The notes beneath the pieces were generated by a model, which did not search any database, was not told where the DNA came from, and saw only the letters and a program-made list of their open reading frames with translations. From an uncultured Chlamydiae bacterium (GTDB lineage Bacteria > Chlamydiota > Chlamydiia > Chlamydiales > JAJFMB01), in contig OY969110.1 of NCBI GenBank assembly GCA_963697995.1, positions 1,511,404 through 1,575,403 of the forward strand: a stretch of DNA of 64,000 nt, given 5' to 3'. Positions 18,456 through 27,268 of the stretch are shown piece after piece. A program made the translations under genes and the position numbers. Position 1 is the stretch's first letter. The number at the start of each line of letters is the position of its first letter.

Positions 18456-19185
18456 TTTAAAGTTAATCGTCTGCTACGATGGGACTGATTTTTTTGGGTT
18501 TCAAGAAGCCTTGAGCGGAAGAACCGTGGTCTCTGTCTTAAGAGAGGCTTTTTTTCAGATTTTTCAAATGAGTTTATCGATTGAGGGGGCAAGTCGCACC
18601 GATAGAGGTGTTCATGCAAAAGGGCAGGTGGTTTCTGTTTTAGTCCCAAGAATGGTTTCAGATCTGCAATACCATTTAAATCGGTTGTTGCCAAAAGATA
18701 TTGTCGTATTATCGTGTGTTGAGGTGGAACTGTCATTTCATCCCACCTTGGAGGCTATCGGTAAGGAGTACCACTACAATGTCTCTTTTGCCCCTTTCCA
18801 GAACCCCTTTGAGAGGTTTACCCACTGGCATGCACCGATAAGAAAGATTGATTTAAGGGGACTTGAAGAGGCAAGAGAGTTTCTTCTTAAAACAACCGAT
18901 TTTTCAGGATTTACCCCCACAAAAAAAAGAGAGGAGTATTCTCACTGTAGGAGAACTCTTTGCCGTTTAGAGATTCTCTTTAAAGAAGACACCTTTCAAA
19001 TCCAAATTGTTGGAGACGCTTTTTTGTATCGGATGGCAAGAATTATTTCAGGCACCCTTGTTATGGCCGCCTCCTCTCGGTTAAATGATTTAGAGAAAAA
19101 AATAGAAAAGGGAGATCGCTCTCTTCTTGGAATAACAGCTCCTCCTCACGGATTAACTTTATTTAAGGTGTTTTATAATAATTAA
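18448..19185 (+). CDS. truA: tRNA pseudouridine(38-40) synthase
   Basis: LIVCYDGTDFFGFQ and catalytic RTDRGVHA. YRMARIISG near the C-terminus. The ATG overlaps the marC stop. Confidence 0.85.
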   Translation: MHNLKLIVCYDGTDFFGFQEALSGRTVVSVLREAFFQIFQMSLSIEGASRTDRGVHAKGQVVSVLVPRMVSDLQYHLNRLLPKDIVVLSCVEVELSFHPTLEAIGKEYHYNVSFAPFQNPFERFTHWHAPIRKIDLRGLEEAREFLLKTTDFSGFTPTKKREEYSHCRRTLCRLEILFKEDTFQIQIVGDAFLYRMARIISGTLVMAASSRLNDLEKKIEKGDRSLLGITAPPHGLTLFKVFYNN

Positions 19186-19226
19186 TAAACCAATTATAAT
19201 TGCATTGTAATATATAATTGGTTTAT
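19185..19226. promoter_or_regulatory. Perfect 14-bp inverted repeat between the truA stop and the LRR-kinase start
   Basis: ATAAACCAATTATA (19185-19198), a 14-nt loop, then TATAATTGGTTTAT (19213-19226). It ends 2 nt before the ATG at 19229. The structure is certain; the function (operator, terminator or translational hairpin) is unknown. Confidence 0.4.
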
Positions 19227-19228
19227 AA

Positions 19229-21055
19229 ATGAATCCTTTAACTATTCTTAATAAACTAGAGGCTCGATCGTTAGAGGTCGACGCTCTTGGTGAAGATCAG
19301 CTTATAGAAGTTGTTGAGGCAGCTCTCTCAGACGAGGCCTGGAGAGCTTCAAACCTCGATTTGACCAAGAAATTGATTCTACGCGTCGAGGATGTGGCAG
19401 CTAGCTCAAAGCCTGTAGCTCTTACCTTCTCTCCCCAAGAGGAGACAGATATTCAGAAGGTGATTTCCCTTTGCAAAGGTTTAATTAAAAAACTCGATTT
19501 AAGTCAGCTTGGTTTTTTAGGGGTGGACCTTCCTAATATTCAGGAGCTTAAGAATTTAGAAGAGCTTTCATTAGTCGGTTGGGAAGAGTTAGAGAAACTA
19601 CCCGATTTAACAGAGTTTAAGCACTTAAAAAAAATGGATTTGGGTGGTTGTAAAAGTTTAAAAGATTTTTCTTTTTTGAAAGAACTTAAAGAGTTAGAAG
19701 TTCTTGATTTAACGGATTGTTCGATAACCGATTTTTCATTTTTAAAGGAATTGAAACACTTAAAAGTTTTGGATTTAAGTGGGTGTCGTATTAAGACTTT
19801 TCCCGATTTAGGAGAGTGTAAAAACCTTGAATCAGTGACTCTTTGGGGATCTCAAGTTTCGACTCCTCTTTGTTTTAAAAATTTGAAGAGTATAAATTTT
19901 GAGAACTCAAATATCGTTTTTACGGAAGAGGAGTGGAAGGAGTTTAAACGAGATAATCCCGATTGTTTGGTAAAAATCAATGAAAAGACTATAGAACCTT
20001 TTGTGAAAGCTATTTTGGGTGTGGAACTGGAAGGAAAAAAAGGGTTGATCCCTTACTCTTTAGCAAAAAAGATGGCCGAGTACTTTTTTCTGCATCAAGT
20101 TAGAGAAAGGGAAGGGTATACGTATTATAACAAAGAGATGAGTGGATTGCCCTTTAGTTTTGAAGTTCAGGATAAGAGGATTATCATCTTGTTAAAGCAG
20201 GAGTTTAAAAAGGGGCATCAGTTGCTTTTAAATCTTCCCCACTTTTGTAAGAGGGGAGATTCAAAAAAAGTGACCATTGGATTAGATATTACGGACGGGG
20301 TTCCTTGCGCCTATCTTAGTCTGAATCTGTCTTTAGAAGAGAGATTAAAGGGAGCTTTTGGAAAAGAGCAACTGGCTAAAGAGCTTGATTATTTGAAAAA
20401 ATATGGAGGGGTGGAGTTTTTGACTCGAGGGTCCCACAAGGCTAAACGAGGGGGAAAAGGTAAAGTGAAAGGGGATGAGATTGAGACGTTTACGATGTTT
20501 TTGGCTAAAGGAACAGGGAATGATCTTAAGGCCCTTGGTTTAAATGAAAAAGAGATCAGGGTGTGCTTTTTTGACATAAGCTTAGCTCTTCAAAAAATGC
20601 ACCACGATGGGGTGATTCATCGAGATATCAAGCCTTTAAATATTCTTGTGGGAAAAGATCACAGAGCAAAGATCAACGATTTTGGACTTTCAGGTCCTGA
20701 ATTTATCGATGGTGGTCCTTTGTTATTCTTTTCCCCTGAAAAAGTTGAGAGGAAGAGAACACCTGCGCTTGATGAAGAGAAATCGGATGATCTTTTTGCC
20801 TTGGCATTGACGATCGTTGATATGGTTTCTAATATGGAGGGGTGGTCAAAGTTTTATTTTCTAAATTACAATAAGGAAAATCCTCGACTGGGGATTGAAA
20901 TGGCATTAAATGACTTTAAAAAGGCCCTTGCGGAAAATAAATCGGAAGACTCGGATGAGAAGAGAGTGTATGAGTGTGTTCTAGATATTTTGAATAATTA
21001 CAACAAACCAAGCTATACCATAGATAACGTCGTTAATTTCTTGTCAAGTTCATAA
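19229..21055 (+). CDS. Leucine-rich-repeat protein fused to a eukaryotic-like Ser/Thr protein kinase domain
   Basis: About 6 LRRs (LKNLEELSLVGWEELEKLPDL, LKHLKKMDLGGCKSLKDFSFL, LKELEVLDLTDCSITDFSFL, LKHLKVLDLSGCRIKTFPDL). Kinase catalytic loop VIHRDIKPLNILV, then INDFGLS (DFG) and FSPE (APE-like). Confidence 0.8.
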   Translation: MNPLTILNKLEARSLEVDALGEDQLIEVVEAALSDEAWRASNLDLTKKLILRVEDVAASSKPVALTFSPQEETDIQKVISLCKGLIKKLDLSQLGFLGVDLPNIQELKNLEELSLVGWEELEKLPDLTEFKHLKKMDLGGCKSLKDFSFLKELKELEVLDLTDCSITDFSFLKELKHLKVLDLSGCRIKTFPDLGECKNLESVTLWGSQVSTPLCFKNLKSINFENSNIVFTEEEWKEFKRDNPDCLVKINEKTIEPFVKAILGVELEGKKGLIPYSLAKKMAEYFFLHQVREREGYTYYNKEMSGLPFSFEVQDKRIIILLKQEFKKGHQLLLNLPHFCKRGDSKKVTIGLDITDGVPCAYLSLNLSLEERLKGAFGKEQLAKELDYLKKYGGVEFLTRGSHKAKRGGKGKVKGDEIETFTMFLAKGTGNDLKALGLNEKEIRVCFFDISLALQKMHHDGVIHRDIKPLNILVGKDHRAKINDFGLSGPEFIDGGPLLFFSPEKVERKRTPALDEEKSDDLFALALTIVDMVSNMEGWSKFYFLNYNKENPRLGIEMALNDFKKALAENKSEDSDEKRVYECVLDILNNYNKPSYTIDNVVNFLSSS

Positions 21056-21186
21056 GTTATATCTAAAATAATAATTAAATGAGTGTCTATTATCATGACT
21101 TCAAAAAAAACACATAATTTAATAAGATATTAACTATAAAAACACTCTGATTAATGATAATATAAAAATAAAGTTTTGGGGGGCGT

Positions 21187-22563
21187 ATGTCTTTTATAAG
21201 TCAGTTTGGTGTAACAGCTCAAAATAATGAGGTTCTTTTTCAAAAATTGAGTGGTTATAGCTCTGAGGATGCGATAATCTCCCATCTTAAAGATGATGCG
21301 GATGCCTTAGCGTTTGTGATCGCACATTTACCTGAAGCTTCTAAACAAAATGTAAGCTTGGTGAAAAAGCTTGTAAACATAGCTCCCAATAATGAAACCA
21401 TTAAACAAATTGCTTCAGCAATCATTGGTCAACCGGATGTTTTAAAGGAAAAAATAGAAGAGCGTCTTGCCGCCTTTAATCAAGAGAGTCGTCCAAATCA
21501 AGTAAAATTGCAAGAGGATTTAGTAACTATTTTGGTAGATGTTATAAAGGAAAAAGGTTCTTCCGATTCTCCAATGAGATCTTTTGAGAATATATTAAGG
21601 GAACAAAAAGGGGTTCGTCTAGGTGATGTAAAAGATAAAGTTTACGATAGGGCTTTTAAAGAGGCTCTTCAGGGAAATTTTACCTTAGCAAATCTTTTGG
21701 ATAAGTCGTATTCAAAAATAAATTTAAGTGAAAGTGATATTGAAAAGCATTTTACTCATGCCATTGCATTATTTAAAATGTTTCCTAACGCTAATAAAGA
21801 GGTGTTGAGGGGTGTGATGGGTAAGTTAAAAGGGGAGTACTTGCAAAAAGTTGCGCAAGTTCTTGCGGAAGGTTTACCTCCTCCAGAATTAAACCAGAAA
21901 CTTCAGATGCTAAAAGAATTGTTACCTGAAGATTTTAAACATTTAAAAGAAGATTGCACTAGATTAATAGCAAATTTAAAGGATACACAATTAGAACCTT
22001 TGGCTGGTTCGTTGGTAAATACTCATCCAGATCACAGCGGGGTTTTGCGATCATTGTCTACATTTGTTCAATTTTTAGGGAGTCCTGAAGCCTCACAGGA
22101 GGAATTTTTATTTAATTTACTGCCGGTGAATGATGACTTAAAAATTGATTTTTCACAAAAGGGTGAGAGCGATATTTTATTTGGAGCTTTAATGAGTTGT
22201 ACAGCAGAAGCTTTTGCGAAGGCTGTCTTGAAGGCAGAACAGTCAGGATCGAATGCAGTCCATCAATTTGATAACTTGAACGAATTGAGACAAGTTATTC
22301 AAGAGATTGGTGGAAAGCTGGGAAGGGAAGTCGATATTGAGGTAGAAATGCAGACAGGTGATGATGTCATGATGACAAACTTGATGAGATTAATACCTGG
22401 AACTGAGTACCAACAGGTGAGGGATGCTTTAACAGAGGTAGAAAATAAAGTGATGTTTGAGGGATGGCTTGCAGGTCAGGATGAAGAGCAGATTAGGGAA
22501 AATTATACGACTTTTGCTGAAATGGTTGCAGCTTATAAAGAGACTGGTTTTGATGAGTTTTAA
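21187..22563 (+). CDS. Hypothetical protein (orphan, effector candidate)
   Basis: 458-aa ORF with a GGGGG SD-like stretch upstream and an AT-rich promoter region. No signal peptide or motif recognised. Confidence 0.6.
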   Translation: MSFISQFGVTAQNNEVLFQKLSGYSSEDAIISHLKDDADALAFVIAHLPEASKQNVSLVKKLVNIAPNNETIKQIASAIIGQPDVLKEKIEERLAAFNQESRPNQVKLQEDLVTILVDVIKEKGSSDSPMRSFENILREQKGVRLGDVKDKVYDRAFKEALQGNFTLANLLDKSYSKINLSESDIEKHFTHAIALFKMFPNANKEVLRGVMGKLKGEYLQKVAQVLAEGLPPPELNQKLQMLKELLPEDFKHLKEDCTRLIANLKDTQLEPLAGSLVNTHPDHSGVLRSLSTFVQFLGSPEASQEEFLFNLLPVNDDLKIDFSQKGESDILFGALMSCTAEAFAKAVLKAEQSGSNAVHQFDNLNELRQVIQEIGGKLGREVDIEVEMQTGDDVMMTNLMRLIPGTEYQQVRDALTEVENKVMFEGWLAGQDEEQIRENYTTFAEMVAAYKETGFDEF

Positions 22564-22626
22564 TCAGACTGTTAATTGCTTTAAGAGAATTTTAAAGGAT
22601 AATCAGGATGGGAAATTCAGCGCTAT

Positions 22627-22908
22627 TTAGTCGGCCCTGAAAAAGTAAGGGTTCCTTGAGAAAAATTTGCAGTTAACGAGGAGGAGAGACATAGCCTATT
22701 TTGCAAGTTTTAATTATATGACAATGAGAAAAGCTCTAAAATTTCGCGAATGGAACACGCACTCTCCAAAGAAAAGGTGATCCTTTTGCAACAAAAAAAG
22801 CGGTGAACGACGCTTCCCCCTCCTTCTCAAGGTTTGGTGAGGAGTAAAACGCATTTTTTGTTAAAAGGGGCACTTTTTTTTGGAGAGGACTTTTTTAAGG
22901 GCCGACTA
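22627..22908 (-). mobile_element. MITE-like element, long form (282 bp), inverted relative to the copy at 51501
   Basis: Ends TAGTCGGCCCTGAAAAAG ... CTTTTTTAAGGGCCGACTA (imperfect ~18-bp TIRs). The interior is collinear, as reverse complement, with the copies at 51501, 51783, 58394 and 58733. Confidence 0.8.
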
Positions 22909-22942
22909 TTTAAAAAGACCTAGTACTATTTCCTTTTTACCC

Positions 22943-23743
22943 TTAGACACTCAATTTCTTAGTAGCAAGCGTGAGTCTTTTAAGACCAAACACGATAAGT
23001 GCTCCTAAAATGCATGAGAGGCATCCACTCATACTTGGGCTTTTAGGCACGATCATTTGAAGCGATCCCACCATAAATCCCGATAGAAGGCTTAAGGTGA
23101 TGTTTTCGTGCCTCTTTAGTAGGTATTTGATCACTTTCGTAAAAGTCATGGCTCCAGCTAAAATACCCATTAGTAAAAAACTTAAAAAACCGACCGAATT
23201 TAAAGGGGTCTTTCCCATTTGAACTAAAGCTTCGATTGCAGGTTCGTAGGCGTTAAAAAGATGAAGCACGTAGGAGCCTGATATACCTGGTAAAAGCATG
23301 GCTGAGATGCTAAAATAGCCTGCAATAATCAAATTAAGGGGTGTTATATTTGCGTGCTTTAAACAGGGTTCCGGAAGGGTAAAAGCTATTAAAAATCCCA
23401 GAATAAGGGGAAGAACCCTTACCTTTTTGATCTCTTTAATCAAAAAAAATGTCGAGGCTAAAATTAAGCCGCAAAACGTGGCAAAAAGAGATTCTCTGTA
23501 AAGAGACAACAGGTGATGAATCACATGGGAGAAGAGAAAAATCGATGTTCCCATTCCCGCTAAAAGGAAAAAAATAGGGTACCCCTTTTTTTTCTCCTTC
23601 TCTAAAAAGTTTGTCCCAAAAGAGCTTAAAGAGTCGATGAGATCTTCGTAGATCCCTAAAAGAAAAGCTACTGTGCCACCAGAAATGCCCGGAATTAAGT
23701 CGCAAGCCCCCATAAGCAGACCGCTTAAAAAATGCTTAATCAT
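22943..23743 (-). CDS. DUF368 family membrane protein (PopT-type undecaprenyl-phosphate translocase family)
   Basis: The duplicated GISGGT/GISGSY motifs (CDLIPGISGGTVAFLLGIYE; LLPGISGSYVLHLF) are characteristic of DUF368. The ATG overlaps the rodZ stop. Confidence 0.75.
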   Translation of the reverse strand: MIKHFLSGLLMGACDLIPGISGGTVAFLLGIYEDLIDSLSSFGTNFLEKEKKKGYPIFFLLAGMGTSIFLFSHVIHHLLSLYRESLFATFCGLILASTFFLIKEIKKVRVLPLILGFLIAFTLPEPCLKHANITPLNLIIAGYFSISAMLLPGISGSYVLHLFNAYEPAIEALVQMGKTPLNSVGFLSFLLMGILAGAMTFTKVIKYLLKRHENITLSLLSGFMVGSLQMIVPKSPSMSGCLSCILGALIVFGLKRLTLATKKLSV

Positions 23744-24192
23744 ATCACATTCAAATACTTAGCAAAATACCAGGCGGCTAAAAGAATCACTCCAAGCGCT
23801 GCTATCCAGACGCCGTTTGGAAGCGATTTGACGTGAGATCCGGGATGCCCTCTAGACTCTAAAGTTCCGATTCCGTACGAAAAATCTTGTTTTTGCTTTA
23901 AAGGTCTTTGAAAAATATCGGGATGCTCTTTCACTAGTTTCTCTGTGTCCATTCCAAGATATAAGGCGTATTGTTTGATAAACCCTTGTGCGTACACAGG
24001 AGAGATAAGTTTACTCATATCGCCCTCTTCGATCGCCTGGAGAAAATTCAGCCTGATCGAGGTTGCATTTTCAATCTCTCGTAAAGAGATCGCAAGCTCT
24101 TCTCTTCGCTGTTTGAACGACTGACCAATTTGTTTGACGTCATCCTTAATCATAAGCCACCTCTTCATTGGATTGGTATCATTAAACGGCAT
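23740..24192 (-). CDS. rodZ: RodZ-like HTH (XRE-type) cytoskeleton-associated membrane protein
   Basis: IGQSFKQRREELAISLREIENATSIRLNFLQAIEEGDMSKL..YAQGFIKQYALYLGMD, followed by a single C-terminal TMS. The start is uncertain. The longest ORF start (24243) would overlap divergent rnhC, so I use the internal Met. Confidence 0.6.
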   Translation of the reverse strand: MPFNDTNPMKRWLMIKDDVKQIGQSFKQRREELAISLREIENATSIRLNFLQAIEEGDMSKLISPVYAQGFIKQYALYLGMDTEKLVKEHPDIFQRPLKQKQDFSYGIGTLESRGHPGSHVKSLPNGVWIAALGVILLAAWYFAKYLNVI

Positions 24193-24288
24193 TTGGTAGA
24201 TTGAATCAAGTGGAAAATTCCTTGACTCATGAGAGGGGCCCATGAGATCATTGGGCTCATTAAAAACTTCGGGAAAAGGAGTCTTCAG

Positions 24289-25212
24289 TTGTCCTTTTTT
24301 GTCACAAAAATCGATTTGAATCTGGCTGCAAAGCTTAAAAACGATCTTAAAGAGAAAGGGTTTGTTTTAAGTCAGCCCGAACACACTCTTTTTTGTGGCA
24401 AAAAAAAAGGGGTGACTTTAGCTCTTTACACTTCGGGCAAGTTGGTCGTTCAAGGAAAAGAGAAGCAAGAGTTTATCGAGTTTTATCTAGAGCCTGAAAT
24501 TTTGAAAAATCTCTCCTTTACCAATCCCACCGTTTTTCTCGATAAAACTGCAAGGATTGGGATCGATGAGTCGGGTAAAGGGGATTTTTTTGGTCCCTTG
24601 TGCATCGCAGGGGTGTTTGCTCAAGGGGAAGAAGTCGTTGCTTTAAATAAAATCGGGGTGAGGGACTCAAAAGAGATTGGCGATAAAGAGATTTTTGTGA
24701 TCGCTAAACAAATTAGGGCGCAATTTGCGACCCATATCGTTAGAATCAGTCCAAAAAAATACAACGAGCTTTATCAAAAGTTTGGGAATTTAAATCATCT
24801 TCTTGCCTGGGGGCATGCGACCTGTATTGAGGCGCTTCAGTTAAAAACAGGGTGTCAAAACGTGATTATCGATCAGTTTGCCAAAGAGAGCGTTGTGGAG
24901 GGGGCTCTTAAGAAAAAAGGGATCTCTTTAAACATCACTCAACGAACAAAGGCTGAAGAGGATACCGTTGTAGCAGCAGCTTCCATTATGGCAAGAGCCT
25001 CGTTTTTAGAGGGGCTTGAAAGGATGGGGAAAGAGTATTCTTTTTTATTTCCTAAGGGAGCTGGAAGTGGAGTTTTGAAGGCAGGTAGAGAGTTTTTAAC
25101 AAGGTCTGGAGAAACGGCCTTGAGAGAGGTTTGTAAAGAGCATTTTAAGACGCTTGACCAAATACTTGGAAAACCAACACAATTGAAGAAATCTTTTTGG
25201 AGGTCATCATGA
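24289..25212 (+). CDS. rnhC: Ribonuclease HIII
   Basis: N-terminal substrate-binding domain (LYTSGKLVVQGKEKQEFIEFYLEPEIL) and catalytic GIDESGKGDFFGPL. TTG at 24289 lies 7 nt after an AAGGAG SD and gives an N-terminus like the chlamydial RNase HIII proteins I recall. Confidence 0.8.
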   Translation: MSFFVTKIDLNLAAKLKNDLKEKGFVLSQPEHTLFCGKKKGVTLALYTSGKLVVQGKEKQEFIEFYLEPEILKNLSFTNPTVFLDKTARIGIDESGKGDFFGPLCIAGVFAQGEEVVALNKIGVRDSKEIGDKEIFVIAKQIRAQFATHIVRISPKKYNELYQKFGNLNHLLAWGHATCIEALQLKTGCQNVIIDQFAKESVVEGALKKKGISLNITQRTKAEEDTVVAAASIMARASFLEGLERMGKEYSFLFPKGAGSGVLKAGREFLTRSGETALREVCKEHFKTLDQILGKPTQLKKSFWRSS

Positions 25213-25619
25213 GGCAAACAGTTTTAGCCGTTTTAGCAATGGCGCTTGTAGGGGTTCTGATTTTTTTAAATTACGCAAGCCCTGTGTTTTCAAAGCAGTT
25301 TATCGATCCTAACCAAATTCAAGGGGTTGATGTGTACTATAAAGGGATTCCCTACACTCTAAACATGTCTCAGCAAAATGCTCTTTTAGCTCTTGTCAAC
25401 AATAGCCTTACGATTCAGACCCTACCTGCACTTCAAGAGAATGCATCACAAGTCGATAAAGTTGTTTTTTATCCTTTGGGGCAGTCTAAGCCCCTTGTGT
25501 TAATTCTCAAAGGGGAAAATTCGGTCCATTTTACCTATTTTACTCTCGATGGTAAGGCGTTCAAAGAACCCCAACCAGGTCATTTAAAAGAGCTTTTAGA
25601 GACCACCTATGATAGTTAA
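25209..25619 (+). CDS. Hypothetical membrane-anchored or secreted protein
   Basis: GGAGG SD 5 nt upstream. N-terminus MRQTVLAVLAMALVGVLIFL. Translationally coupled to rnhC (ATGA) and to recN. Confidence 0.55.
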   Translation: MRQTVLAVLAMALVGVLIFLNYASPVFSKQFIDPNQIQGVDVYYKGIPYTLNMSQQNALLALVNNSLTIQTLPALQENASQVDKVVFYPLGQSKPLVLILKGENSVHFTYFTLDGKAFKEPQPGHLKELLETTYDS

Positions 25620-27216
25620 GTTGCTGATTGAAAATTTAGTTTTGGTCGAAAGGGCCGAAATGAATTTTTCTAAAGGGTTTAATGTCTTGACGGGAGAGAC
25701 CGGCGCTGGTAAGTCAGCTGTGATGGCCGCTCTCTCTTTTTTGATGGGCAAGCGCCAAGATGTCCAATTAATTCGAAAAGGGGCTGAAAAAGGGGTTGTC
25801 GAAGGGCATTTTGAGGCTCCTCTTAGCGTTGCTAATTATTTGAAAGAAAGGGGGATTTCTCACGATCCAGGCGATGCTCTGGTTATTAAAAGGGAACTTA
25901 AAATCGATGGGAAGGGTGCGATTTTTATCAATCAGCAAAGAGTCCAGGGGCATGTGCTTAAAGAGCTTGGTGGGTTGTTGATCACTCAGGTGGGGCAGCT
26001 TGCGATTATGACCCTTTTTGATCCGGAAAATCAATTGAAATTGCTCGACTTATTTGGAGAAATCGATTCTCAAAACTACAAAAAGGTGTATCTTGAGGAA
26101 AAGAAGTTAGAAGATGAAGTGGCTTATCTTAAAAAGGAAAACTTTAGCAAAGATTTGGCCCTTTCTTCACTTGATTTAGATATCGAAGAGATTGAGTCGG
26201 CTCATCTCAAAGAGGGAGAGGAAGAGGAACTTTTTCAAGAGTACACCAGGTTAAATCAATCTGAACAGTTAGCTAGTTTAGTTCAGGAGTGGCTAGCTCT
26301 TTTTTCTGAAGAGGGGGGAGGGCTTGAAAGAGAATTAAAGCGTGCCAAAAGAGGAATTGACCAGCTTTTTTCAATGGATGAGAGTCTTAAAGGGGCTGCA
26401 GAATCGGTAAAAACAGCTCTTTTAGAGCTTCAAGAGGTCGTTAATACCTTATCACATTATGAGAGTCGCCTCGAATTTAGCCCGAAGAGGTTAAACGAAA
26501 TCGATGAAAAATTAAGCCTGATTGCTCGTTTAAAAAGGAAGTGGGGGAAAAACACTGAAGAGATTCTTTCCTCTTTGGATGCCTTAAAAACCAAACGAAA
26601 AAAACTTCTCTTTTTAGAAGATGAACTGATTTCGTTAGAAGAAAAACTCTCCTCTTTAAGGGGAATAAGGCAGCTTTTGAGTCGTGAGCTGACTGAAAAA
26701 AGAAGAGAGGGGGCTTTAAAACTTACCCAACTCATGACAAATGAACTTAAAAAACTGAATATGCCAGGAGCTCACTTTAGTGTCGAAGTGAAACAGTCAA
26801 GGGGGAGCTGCACTGGTGAAGATTTTGTTGAATTTACCCTCTCTGCCAACCTTGGGGAAAAAGCGCTCCCTTTAAGGCAAGCGGCAAGCGGCGGTGAGAT
26901 CTCTCGGGTGATGCTCGCTTTTTATGCCCTTTTAGCGGAAAAAGAGGAAACCCCCATCTTAATTTTTGATGAGATCGATGCCAATATTGGAGGAGAAACA
27001 GCACAAATTATTGGAGAAAAGCTAAAAGAGATCGGGAAAAACCACCAGGTGCTTTGTATTACCCATTTCCCCCAAACGGCTAAGTCGGCAATCACTCATT
27101 TTAGGATAAGAAAAGTAGAGGAGTTTGGAAGGACTTTGACCAAAATAGAGCTTTTATCCAAAGAGATGAGAAGAGATGAGCTAAAAAGAATGGTAGGAGG
27201 AGAGGTTTTTGTTTAA
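25609..27216 (+). CDS. recN: DNA repair protein RecN
   Basis: LLIENLVLVERAEMNFSKGFNVLTGETGAGKS, a long coiled coil, then ASGGEISRVMLA and ILIFDEIDANIGG. Confidence 0.85.
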   Translation: MIVKLLIENLVLVERAEMNFSKGFNVLTGETGAGKSAVMAALSFLMGKRQDVQLIRKGAEKGVVEGHFEAPLSVANYLKERGISHDPGDALVIKRELKIDGKGAIFINQQRVQGHVLKELGGLLITQVGQLAIMTLFDPENQLKLLDLFGEIDSQNYKKVYLEEKKLEDEVAYLKKENFSKDLALSSLDLDIEEIESAHLKEGEEEELFQEYTRLNQSEQLASLVQEWLALFSEEGGGLERELKRAKRGIDQLFSMDESLKGAAESVKTALLELQEVVNTLSHYESRLEFSPKRLNEIDEKLSLIARLKRKWGKNTEEILSSLDALKTKRKKLLFLEDELISLEEKLSSLRGIRQLLSRELTEKRREGALKLTQLMTNELKKLNMPGAHFSVEVKQSRGSCTGEDFVEFTLSANLGEKALPLRQAASGGEISRVMLAFYALLAEKEETPILIFDEIDANIGGETAQIIGEKLKEIGKNHQVLCITHFPQTAKSAITHFRIRKVEEFGRTLTKIELLSKEMRRDELKRMVGGEVFV

Positions 27217-27268
27217 TAAAAAGGGGGGTAATGGTATAATAGATTTTTAAAAAAAAGATTTTTTTATT

